From an uncultured Nitrospiraceae bacterium (GTDB lineage: Bacteria > Nitrospirota > Thermodesulfovibrionia > Thermodesulfovibrionales > SM23-35), in NCBI GenBank assembly GCA_963727775.1, contig CAVSHB010000001.1, positions 1,184,001 to 1,248,000 of the forward strand: a stretch of 64,000 bases of DNA, given 5' to 3'. The notes beneath the pieces were generated by a model. It was not told where the DNA came from, ran no database searches, and was given only the letters and a program-made list of their open reading frames with translations. Both the position numbers and the translations under genes were made by a program. This document shows positions 8,946 through 17,224 of the stretch, piece after piece. Position 1 is the first letter of the stretch; each line of letters opens with the position of its first letter.

Positions 8946-9713
8946 TTATTTTTTATCGACTAAATTCTTAATTGCATTTGCGTCTCTATATCCCATAACG
9001 ATCCTTCCATCCGGCATTATTAACGCGGGGGCGCCTGTGATGCCGATACTCTCCGCGAGTTTTACATTATCATCAACGATGGAAGTCTTGCATTTGGGAG
9101 CAGGCAGTTCTTTTTTAGCAAAGGAGTCTTCAAGGAGTGCAAGTGATTTTTCACACACGATAGCTTTGGCTTTGTCATAAGCTTTCGGATGCATCTTTAG
9201 CGGGTTCATTTTTATGTAAAAAGAAATGTCCTTTCTTTCCTTGACTATCTTCTTCATCTCCTGATGAAGTTTTGCGCAGTAGGGTCATTCGGGGTCATCG
9301 AATACAATAACCTTATGTTTGGCTTCTGCTTTGCCCATGACAAGCGCGTCTTTAAGGGGTATCCGTGATACATCGGTCCTATTTATCTCGGAGAGGCTTT
9401 TCTCCGTGAGGTTCTTCTTTCCATGAATTTCTATCAATGTCCCGGAAAAAATATGCTTCTTGGGCAGGTCGATATACACAATCCCCTTCTTTCCGTTCGT
9501 TTCTACAGAAACCTCCCACAAGCATCTCACACTGCTGATATTTACATTTAGGACCTTTAGATCTTTGTCGAAGTTTTTCAAGAGGGCCGAGGCCTCCTCT
9601 TTTTTCAGCGTGTGGCACTTCAGACAGTCCTGGCCTTTGGATGAAAAGGCATATGAATCGGATACAGAGAATAACAGTTGTATGATAGACAAAAATAAAA
9701 TAACCTTACGCAT
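8946..9713 (-). CDS. DsbC/DsbG-like thiol:disulfide oxidoreductase, selenocysteine-containing (UPYC), with N-terminal CxxCH
   Basis: The two ORF-track pieces are in one frame across a single TGA (9285-9287): VIVFDDPE-U-PYCAKLHQEMKK. Signal peptide, AGGAG RBS, cis-Pro loop GITGAP and a SECIS-like hairpin are present. Confidence 0.88.
9252..9269 (-). promoter_or_regulatory. Putative bacterial SECIS hairpin
   Basis: mRNA CUUCAUC-AGGA-GAUGAAG, a perfect 7-bp stem starting 15 nt after the UGA, with G in the loop. Confidence 0.7.
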
Positions 9714-9731
9714 ATAACATCTCCTTAGCCT

Positions 9732-9881
9732 ATATAATTCATAAAATTCTAATCCTATGGCGGATATAGTATTCTCGCTCATTCTCGGCCCGATATACAT
9801 CGAGCCTCCGAGGTAAATTCTTTCTGTGAAAGAATATAGCCGCTCCAATACTACATCCGCCATCAATTTTATGACTTATAT
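9732..9881. repeat. Structured palindromic element, copy A (MITE or ncRNA family)
   Basis: Outer arms TCATAAAATT/AATTTTATGA, inner arms ATGGCGGATATAGTATT/AATACTACATCCGCCAT, two internal hairpins. Homologous to 42751-42897 and 48664-48712. Confidence 0.8.
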
Positions 9882-9949
9882 GAGTTAGATAGTTCATATT
9901 AACATAAATAGAGTCAGTCCATAAACTGACAGATTTATAAAAAGCATCT

Positions 9950-9967
9950 TTCCCGCGAAGGCGGGAA
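9950..9967. repeat. dRS3/REP-like hairpin
   Basis: TTCCCGC-GAAG-GCGGGAA. Confidence 0.55.
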
Positions 9968-10038
9968 CCCAGGTTTTTAAGACATTCTGAATGCGTCAAT
10001 TTTGATATAATTTATCTATAACGTAAAGGAGGAAGGAT

Positions 10039-10611
10039 ATGAAGGTTGTAGCTTTAAACGGAAGCCCGAGAAAAACAGGAAATACCTATCATTCTATTCA
10101 GGTAGTTTTCGAGGAGCTTAAGAAAGAAGGGATAGAGACTGAGCTGATCCAGCTCGGAGGGTCTGATATAAAGGCATGCAGTGCATGCTTCAAATGCTAT
10201 GAAAAGAAAAACGGGTTATGTGTTCGGAAAGACGCCTTTAATTTATATATGGAGAGAATGATAAAGGCGGAGGGCATCATTATAGGTTCTCCAACATATT
10301 TCAGTAATGTTTCTACCGAGGTAAAGGCGCTTATCGACAGGGCAGGATTGGTTGCCATTGCGAATGACCATCTTTTGAAAAGGAAAGTCGGAGCGGCGGT
10401 AGTGTCGGTCAGAAGGGCCGGGGCCACCCATGTCTATTCGAGCATCAATTATTTTTTCGGCATCAATCATATGATAATTCCGGGATCATCTTACTGGAAT
10501 CTCGGTGTAGGTCTGGATCCGGGTGATGTGATGAAAGATAAAGAAGGGGTAGAAACGTTCAGGAATTTAGGGCAGAATATGGCGTGGCTCCTTAACAAAC
10601 TTTACGGGTAA
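10039..10611 (+). CDS. Iron-sulfur flavoprotein / flavodoxin family
   Basis: LNGSPRKTGNT, CSACFKC...C, GSPTYF. Confidence 0.9.
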   Translation: MKVVALNGSPRKTGNTYHSIQVVFEELKKEGIETELIQLGGSDIKACSACFKCYEKKNGLCVRKDAFNLYMERMIKAEGIIIGSPTYFSNVSTEVKALIDRAGLVAIANDHLLKRKVGAAVVSVRRAGATHVYSSINYFFGINHMIIPGSSYWNLGVGLDPGDVMKDKEGVETFRNLGQNMAWLLNKLYG

Positions 10612-10662
10612 ATACAGTTTACCTTGAAAAATGCGGCATTATTTTGCTGATTGCAGCCTGGG

Positions 10663-11787
10663 TCAAAGCCCTAATTTATCGAACAGCCTGACAATGATTG
10701 TATTTGATATAACTATCCCTTTTCTTGTAAGCCTGAGGTGATTATTTCCAATTTCCAGATAGCCTTCGTCAATTAATCCTTTGCCGGCAGCTGATAAACT
10801 TAAGCCGAGTTTTGCTGCTTTCATGGTATTAATGCCTTCAGTCTTTCTAAGACCCAAAAAAATGAGTTCCTTCAGTGCATCTTCTGCCGTAACTTTTGCG
10901 GACCATGTCTCGGCCAATTTTCCCTGATTCAGATTTTCTACATAGTTCCGTATATCTTTCGTATTCATTGAGCGGACTCCGTTGACAAATGAATGGGCCC
11001 CCGCGCCGGCCCCAATATACTCACCTCTGTTCCAATAATTGAGGTTGTGAACGCATTTGAATGCCGGCAGAGCAAAGTTGGATATCTCGTAATGTTCGTA
11101 CCCGCGGTCCGCTATAAAATCTATTATATAATTGTACATTTCAAGGACAAGTTCTTCGTCCGGCATTTTGATTTTGCCGGATTCAATGAGTCTGTATAGC
11201 TGGGTATTTTCTTCAGGTGTAAGTTCATAAGTGGAGATATGGGCAGGTAGAAATTCTAATGCCTTTGTGATAGATGCGCGCCATGATTCCATGGTTTGTC
11301 CCGGAATTCCATAGATCAAATCAATCGAAAAATTATCTGCTCCGGCCTTTTTTATCAGTTCCAGCGATCTTAAAGAGTCTTTTGAAGTGTGGATCCGTCC
11401 GAGTGCTTGAAGTTCAATGTCATTGAATGATTGTGCCCCAATACTCAGCCTGTTGACGCCGGTGGAAAGCATTCCGTTGATCTTTGATTCAGTGATAGTT
11501 CCGGGGTTGGCCTCGACGGTTATTTCAGCGGAATCCTCGAAACTGAAATTGTCCAGCAGGCATTCGAATAATCTCGCAAAGCATTCACCGGAAAGCAATG
11601 AAGGTGTTCCGCCGCCTATATAAACTGTTTTAAGTGAATCAGCAGAACCTTTCTTTAAAGACAACTCTCCGCATAAGGCATGGATATAAGACGAGACAAG
11701 TTTTTCTTCATAAGGCACTGAGAAGAAATCGCAATAAACACATTTTTGAACGCAGAATGGAATGTGGATATAGAGAAAATCAGGCAT
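10663..11787 (-). CDS. hemW: Radical SAM heme chaperone HemW (HemN-like)
   Basis: YIHIPFCVQKCVYCDF, GGGTPS, YEISN, HNLNYW. Confidence 0.88.
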   Translation of the reverse strand: MPDFLYIHIPFCVQKCVYCDFFSVPYEEKLVSSYIHALCGELSLKKGSADSLKTVYIGGGTPSLLSGECFARLFECLLDNFSFEDSAEITVEANPGTITESKINGMLSTGVNRLSIGAQSFNDIELQALGRIHTSKDSLRSLELIKKAGADNFSIDLIYGIPGQTMESWRASITKALEFLPAHISTYELTPEENTQLYRLIESGKIKMPDEELVLEMYNYIIDFIADRGYEHYEISNFALPAFKCVHNLNYWNRGEYIGAGAGAHSFVNGVRSMNTKDIRNYVENLNQGKLAETWSAKVTAEDALKELIFLGLRKTEGINTMKAAKLGLSLSAAGKGLIDEGYLEIGNNHLRLTRKGIVISNTIIVRLFDKLGL

Positions 11788-11822
11788 GGTTATGGTATTT
11801 TATGTCCAAAAGTCATGACATA

Positions 11823-13700
11823 TCACCCTCCATTATAGCTCCCTTTAATCTCAACAAGATACCGTGACGGCAGCATTTGGTAGGTCCTCCCGAACTTCCT
11901 TCTGTAATCAATGGATGAAAGGTAGAGCCTCTCCTTTGCTCTGGTACAAGCCACATAAAAGAGTCGTCTTTCTTCTTCCAATGCTGCACCGCTGATAATC
12001 GACTGTTCTGATGGGAAAATCCCTTCTTCAAGGGCTGGAAGAAAGACTACGGACCACTCAAGTCCCTTTGCAGCATGTATAGTCATTATCTTAACACTTT
12101 CTTCCTGGCTGATTCCGTCCTGCTCTGACGCAAGAAGACTGTCTTCCATAAACTCTGAAAAGGGGATACCATTCGTTTCAATGGACAGCAACACGTTACA
12201 GAGTTCCGAGATATTCTCGATCCGCTCCTTGTAGTCTTCTTTGTATTCCTCTTTCAGGTATTCGAGGTAGTTCATCTCCTGGATGATACGCATAAGGACA
12301 GTATAGGGCTGTTCTTCCACCATATCCCCGTGTCTCGACAGCATGCTTATAAGCGCATCCGCGTTTTCCCTTTGTTTACGCGAAAGCCTGGCGTCTTTCA
12401 GGGCCTGCAACCAGTCGGCAGTGAAGTTGTCCGTTATCACCGCGACGGCCTTCTTCCCGATACCTCGCGAAGGCGTATTAACGACCCGGACGAAGGCCGC
12501 ACCATCTCTGGAGTTGGCCATAAGCCTGAGATAGCAAAGCAGGTCTCTTACCTCAGCCCTATCGTAAAAGGCCAGGCCCCTGACGATTTCATAAGGGATG
12601 CCGTACTGCATGAAGGTACTTTCCAATCCCCGGGAGAGGAAACTCATCCGTATCAGGACTGCCATATCCGAATAGGAGTACGTTGCAGTGAGGTCTTTGA
12701 TCTTGTCGGCTATACGCCTGTTTTCCGTATTATTGTCTGCCGCATTACGGTACTCCACTTCTCCATCTTCTTCCTTATCGGTGTAAAGCGTGAGGACTTT
12801 GTCAGACCACATACTGTCTACTCCACTGATGACGATGTTGGCTACTTCGAGGATTTTTTTCGTGGACCGGTAATTTTTTTCGAGCCTCATTTCAGTGGCC
12901 TTAAAGTCCCGTCCGAATTTCAGGATGTTTTCCGGAACGGCCCCGCGCCAGGTGTAAATTGTCTGGAAGGGGTCTCCCACCACAAAGATATTCTTCTTGT
13001 TACCGGCAGAAAGCAGTTCTGTCAGGGAATACTGTATCTCGTTCGTATCCTGGAATTCATCCACCATAAAAAAATCATAGCGGTCCTGCCATTTCTTTAA
13101 TATCTCGGGCCTGTCTAAGAAAAGATGGGTAGTGTAATAGATGAGGTCATCGTAGTCCAGAGCGTTTGATTGTTCCAGTCCCCTTTGATAGGCCCTTGCC
13201 ACTTCTGCATACTCGTCCTGGGGGAAGGGCAGGGAAGCGATATATTTTACGATGTTTCCCCTATATGCCTGCTTCGCCTTCGAGATGGTCCTTTTGGCAT
13301 CATCCATTTCCTTGGGATCCAGGTCGAACCCCTTCAGTATGTCCTTCAGCAGCTTCTTACTGTCCGTCTGATCGTAGATGATAAATTTCTTGTCGAAGCT
13401 CTTTCCAAGGGAGGCTATATCTTCCCGGAGCACCCTAACGCAGAACGAGTGGAAGGTGCTTATAGAGTGGGGCTTGATAGAGAGCATTCTTTCGACGCGA
13501 TTGGCCATTTCCTGGGCGGCTTTCTTCGTGAAGGTGATGGCGAGAATCCGATGGGGCTTGAAACCCTTCTCCCTGATAAGATAGCCTATCTTGTGCGTAA
13601 GGACTTTGGTCTTGCCGCTGCCCGCGCCGGCCAAAAGCAACAGAGGTGAGCCGAAATGCTCGACGGCAGCTTTCTGTTCTTTATTAAGTCCTTTTAGCAT
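11823..13700 (-). CDS. UvrD/Rep/PcrA-family SF1A DNA helicase
   Basis: AGAGSGKT, DEFQD, VGDPFQTIY, NYRST, TIHAAKGLE, EERRLFYVACTRA. Confidence 0.92.
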   Translation of the reverse strand: MLKGLNKEQKAAVEHFGSPLLLLAGAGSGKTKVLTHKIGYLIREKGFKPHRILAITFTKKAAQEMANRVERMLSIKPHSISTFHSFCVRVLREDIASLGKSFDKKFIIYDQTDSKKLLKDILKGFDLDPKEMDDAKRTISKAKQAYRGNIVKYIASLPFPQDEYAEVARAYQRGLEQSNALDYDDLIYYTTHLFLDRPEILKKWQDRYDFFMVDEFQDTNEIQYSLTELLSAGNKKNIFVVGDPFQTIYTWRGAVPENILKFGRDFKATEMRLEKNYRSTKKILEVANIVISGVDSMWSDKVLTLYTDKEEDGEVEYRNAADNNTENRRIADKIKDLTATYSYSDMAVLIRMSFLSRGLESTFMQYGIPYEIVRGLAFYDRAEVRDLLCYLRLMANSRDGAAFVRVVNTPSRGIGKKAVAVITDNFTADWLQALKDARLSRKQRENADALISMLSRHGDMVEEQPYTVLMRIIQEMNYLEYLKEEYKEDYKERIENISELCNVLLSIETNGIPFSEFMEDSLLASEQDGISQEESVKIMTIHAAKGLEWSVVFLPALEEGIFPSEQSIISGAALEEERRLFYVACTRAKERLYLSSIDYRRKFGRTYQMLPSRYLVEIKGSYNGG

Positions 13701-13874
13701 TCTTTTTCGAAGGAGGCATCCTGATAATCTTCCATTTCTTATAAGTATAAAACATGTCTGTTCTTAAGGACATCTTTTCTTGCGCTCTCATTAGGAGAGC
13801 TGCTTCCTGAAAGCCGCAGCCTTTCAACTTAAACGGTTTGTGCAAGTTATATCCTGAAGCCTATTGGAAAGAAT

Positions 13875-13911
13875 TGACAATGTACTATATTGTTGTATAT
13901 ATTGAATATAT
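13875..13911 (+). promoter_or_regulatory. Putative sigma70 promoter with overlapping palindrome upstream of brnT
   Basis: TTGACA ... TATATT; palindrome TATATATT-G-AATATATA. Confidence 0.45.
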
Positions 13912-13917
13912 ACTTAT

Positions 13918-14241
13918 ATGAAAGATTGGACTGATATATTATCTTTTGCCGAAGACTTCGAATGGGATGAAGGAAATATTAAAAAAAACTGGGAGAGACA
14001 TCGCGTCTCTCATATAGAGTGCGAAGAGATTTTTTTTAACAGACCGATCATTGTCAAAAAGGATGAGCCGCACTCGACAAGTGAGGACAGATATTTTATC
14101 TTAGGTAAAACAGACGCCGGTAGATTGCTTTTCATTGTTTTTACGTTGAGGAGCAATAAGATAAGAATAATTTTGGCACGTGCCATGAACCGGAAGGAGA
14201 GAAAGATATATGAGGAAACTCAAGAAGATACCCAAGTTTAA
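13918..14241 (+). CDS. brnT: BrnT family toxin
   Basis: FEWDEGNIKKNWERH...EDR...G...RII.AR. Confidence 0.9.
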   Translation: MKDWTDILSFAEDFEWDEGNIKKNWERHRVSHIECEEIFFNRPIIVKKDEPHSTSEDRYFILGKTDAGRLLFIVFTLRSNKIRIILARAMNRKERKIYEETQEDTQV

Positions 14242-14491
14242 GAACGAAGCAGAGGAAGTTGAGTTCTGGGCAACGCATGATTCGATTGAATATGTTGATT
14301 ATTCGAAGGCCAGACGTATCATTTTCCCGAACTTAAAGCCATCTACCAGGACGATTTCGATTCGTCTTCCGGAAGCTCTTCTCGAACATCTCAAAGTTCT
14401 TGCCAACAAGAGAGACGTGCCCTATCAGTCACTTTTGAAAATGTTTCTGTCTGAGAAGGTGGCAGAAGAATTGCACATCGTAAGCAAATAG
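14210..14491 (+). CDS. brnA: BrnA/CopG family antitoxin
   Basis: IPKFKNEAEEVEFWATHD...ISIRL...VPYQSLLK. Confidence 0.88.
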   Translation: MRKLKKIPKFKNEAEEVEFWATHDSIEYVDYSKARRIIFPNLKPSTRTISIRLPEALLEHLKVLANKRDVPYQSLLKMFLSEKVAEELHIVSK

Positions 14492-14763
14492 GATGCTGGA
14501 GATCGTGTGAAATGCGGGCACAGTTATCTTTTCTGTTTTCGAAATTCGGATTTGACCTCACGCGGATCAACCCTGACTACAATACCTTCGTGATGTTTGC
14601 TCGCAGGGGGCAGCCCTCATCAACACCGTCTTAGTGCAGGAGAAAATAAACAACCCGAAAAGATGCGTCCTTTTTTTCTCTTTCTTGCTGGACTTTATAC
14701 CTCTTAAATCTGATATAATTATGCTAATTTGAAATGGTTCATATTTACTTGGAGGTAAATGAA

Positions 14764-14964
14764 ATGGTACAAGGAACTGTGAAATGGTTTAACGAGAGTA
14801 AAGGTTTCGGATTCATTACTGCTGAAGACGGCACCGATGTTTTTGTCCACCACACGTCTATCCAGGGCAGTGGGTTTAAAACCCTTGCTGAAGGTGACAA
14901 GGTTAGTTTTGATATTGAAAAAGGCCCAAAAGGTCCCAAAGCGATCAATGTCGTTAAAATGTAA
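14764..14964 (+). CDS. Cold-shock protein
   Basis: [28 protein letters not shown] before ATG at 14764. Confidence 0.95.
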   Translation: MVQGTVKWFNESKGFGFITAEDGTDVFVHHTSIQGSGFKTLAEGDKVSFDIEKGPKGPKAINVVKM

Positions 14965-15183
14965 TTAGATTGAAAAGGTCCTTTTTTCGTTGCTGGGAAT
15001 TTCTTTATTGCAAACAAGACTGAAATATCTCCACCGAGAAGAAAAAGTATCCTTTTTATAGTGACCCGCTCAATGGTGTTCCTTTTCATGGTTTTCACCG
15101 CTGTGCTGTTATTGGGAGCATGTGGCGCCGATAAGCTTGAGTGAAAATGACACTGGTGCTATTGGATCCGGCGGGATGGTATA

Positions 15184-15507
15184 ATGAAAATCATGAGTGA
15201 TCAAGATAATAAAGGGCTGAGGAGACCTGTAAGACTTACTTGCAGAGAAGACATTTCGATAGATGGCCTGACCCAGTGTGCCATTGCAGATATAAGTGAA
15301 GGTGGTCTTTTCATTTCTACAATTCAACATTTTGAAACGGATGAAGTGATTGAGGTCGCCATCCCCATGAAGAGAAAAAAGATAACAGTTAGGGCGCAAG
15401 TAAAGTATTGCCAACCGGGCATCGGTGCAGGCGTCGCTTTTATTGATTTGAATGATGATCAGAGAGCGAAAATTAAAGAATTAATCGAGAGCATCGCAAA
15501 AGGATAA
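15184..15507 (+). CDS. Single-domain PilZ protein (c-di-GMP receptor)
   Basis: RRPVR and DISEGG motifs. Confidence 0.85.
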   Translation: MKIMSDQDNKGLRRPVRLTCREDISIDGLTQCAIADISEGGLFISTIQHFETDEVIEVAIPMKRKKITVRAQVKYCQPGIGAGVAFIDLNDDQRAKIKELIESIAKG

Positions 15508-15557
15508 CGCCAATAATTTTGGGGGAAACAATATTTAGAGATTAAGATTTCTTAAAT

Positions 15558-15794
15558 TCAAACCGCCTGACCTGCAATTTCCCGCACGTGCAATATTTCT
15601 TTATTATTCATTAGCCGGATGTCACTTGAGGTAAGGGTAAAGACTGCAATGGTCCTTCCCTCCGCAGTCACGAATTCAACTTCAAAAGCATTGCCGTCAC
15701 TGTAGCAATGTACTATCGCGCCTATATCGCCTTTCTTTAAGCCATATTCATCAATGTCATGCGTCAGAACAACCGTATCTAATTCTCTAATCAT
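15558..15794 (-). CDS. DUF4926 domain protein
   Basis: MIRELDTVVL...GLKKGDIGAIV...FEVEF...GRT. Confidence 0.85.
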   Translation of the reverse strand: MIRELDTVVLTHDIDEYGLKKGDIGAIVHCYSDGNAFEVEFVTAEGRTIAVFTLTSSDIRLMNNKEILHVREIAGQAV

Positions 15795-15818
15795 AATTCT
15801 GTCCTCCTTTCAAACGAC

Positions 15819-15848
15819 TTACACCGGGTATGCGGTCACAAACCGCGC
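15819..15848 (-). pseudogene. C-terminal remnant of DUF6883-like partner of DUF4926
   Basis: Reads ARFVTAYPV* directly before the DUF4926 RBS. Confidence 0.55.
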
Positions 15849-16042
15849 TCTGCATCTGTATTTTTTGAGAAATAGTCATATTCGGTGAATTGAGCTCCAA
15901 CGTTGTAAAAGGCGTCAAGAGCGTAAAGAACAGTGGATTTGCCTGTCCCATTTCGACCAATGATTGCGGTAAGTGTATCGCAACTGATATCCACATCTCT
16001 TAAAGAACGAAAGTTCTCAATATGAATATTTTGAATAATCAT
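15849..16042 (-). pseudogene. N-terminal fragment of OLD-family / ABC-type ATP-dependent nuclease
   Basis: MIIQNIHIENFRSL...IIGRNGTGKSTVLYALDAF; truncated after about 65 aa. Confidence 0.75.
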
Positions 16043-16382
16043 GCGGACTTCCTGATGTTCAGCTCTGCCATATTACTTCCTCGCCGAGCAAAAAAAGAAA
16101 GGGTTTTTCTGAGGTGCTTGTTTTGAGGGTTCGTCCGAATGGGGCAAAGAGGGCTGCGGCTGGTTCATTCGTGAGGAAAATTAACTCATTATCCAAGTTA
16201 CCGTTACCCCCTTAAGATTGACTCCGTCATATGGAATGAATCTTAATCACGGCGATATTGTATTAAATTATCGATTGTTTTGGCAATTGAGGTAATCTCT
16301 TTTACCACTTGGGGTCATACTTTATGCATGTTAAAGGCAAAGACTTTTTCCCGGCGCGGTTGTGGAAAGATATTGACAAGAA

Positions 16383-16787
16383 TTACAGAAGTTCAATGCC
16401 GCCTATCCTCTTAACCTTTTCATGGAGTTTCCTATCGGCAGTGATGAATCTGCATTTCAATATTTGTGCAAGTTCGATATATGATGCATCGTAGAGGGTT
16501 ATGCCATAGAGCTTTGAAAGGCGTATTGAGCTGAGGTATTCATTTTGTCCGAAATCAAAAACGTCCAAATCGAAAGCCCAAATGAGGGAAAAGGCATCGG
16601 AAGCATCTTTATAACTGAGTTTTGTTTTGGTTGAAAGGACATTTGCTATCTCATAGAAAAAAAGGTTGTGAACAGCTATCGTATCTTTGTCTGAGGCGTG
16701 GTCTTCCCTGAAAAGTTTTGCCTTTCCGCCCCTGTCTTCGTCTCCGAATATCCATTTAAGGACAACGGAGGCATCGAGGACTATCAT
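16383..16787 (-). CDS. vapC: VapC family PIN toxin
   Basis: VLDASVVLKW...YEIAN...TLYDASY...FITAD. Confidence 0.9.
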   Translation of the reverse strand: MIVLDASVVLKWIFGDEDRGGKAKLFREDHASDKDTIAVHNLFFYEIANVLSTKTKLSYKDASDAFSLIWAFDLDVFDFGQNEYLSSIRLSKLYGITLYDASYIELAQILKCRFITADRKLHEKVKRIGGIELL

Positions 16788-17059
16788 CTGCCCTCTCTGA
16801 TTTCCCTGACGGCTTTTACAGTATCTATCTTTGTTTCTTTAAGATGTTTCTTCTTCCATCTGTCCATGCTTGCCGCCACCTCCACGAGTTTTTTCTCTCT
16901 GTGTTTCTTCTGGATTTTTTCCTCGTATTCATCGATAGAGATTATTACGGCAAGGGGCTTATTTGCCCTTGATATGATTACTTCCTCGCCTGTCATGGAT
17001 ACATCGTCAAGAACAGAACCGAGCTTTTTCCTTAAATCGAGCGCCGTCAAAGTTTTCAT
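16784..17059 (-). CDS. Phd/YefM family antitoxin
   Basis: TALDLRKKLGSVL...VIISRANKPLAV; ATGA overlap with vapC. Confidence 0.9.
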   Translation of the reverse strand: MKTLTALDLRKKLGSVLDDVSMTGEEVIISRANKPLAVIISIDEYEEKIQKKHREKKLVEVAASMDRWKKKHLKETKIDTVKAVREIREGR

Positions 17060-17224
17060 GCCGCCTCCCTTTGACTCTAATATAGACTATGATAGTAAGT
17101 ATGTCAATCGACAATTGGACACTTGAAAGAATTTACAATTTTTGCAGGAAGTCAACAGATTTTGGGGGAACTCCTGCTCGGTGAGTTGAAAAATGAAATC
17201 TTTTGCGCGTACTATTGAGATACC

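Noticed and set aside
9285..9866. ORF-track 193-aa protein starting at 9866 and separate 103-aa ORF at 8946-9257
   Set aside because: The first 51 codons run through the palindromic element; RBS and signal peptide place the start at 9713, and both pieces join across the TGA.
12330..13649. Long plus-strand ORFs (256 and 159 aa) and similar antisense ORFs elsewhere
   Set aside because: They lie antisense to well-supported genes and have no motifs of their own.
11823..16042. Gabija-like system (OLD nuclease plus UvrD helicase)
   Set aside because: The OLD gene is only a 65-aa fragment, five unrelated genes intervene, and the helicase looks like an ordinary Rep/PcrA type.
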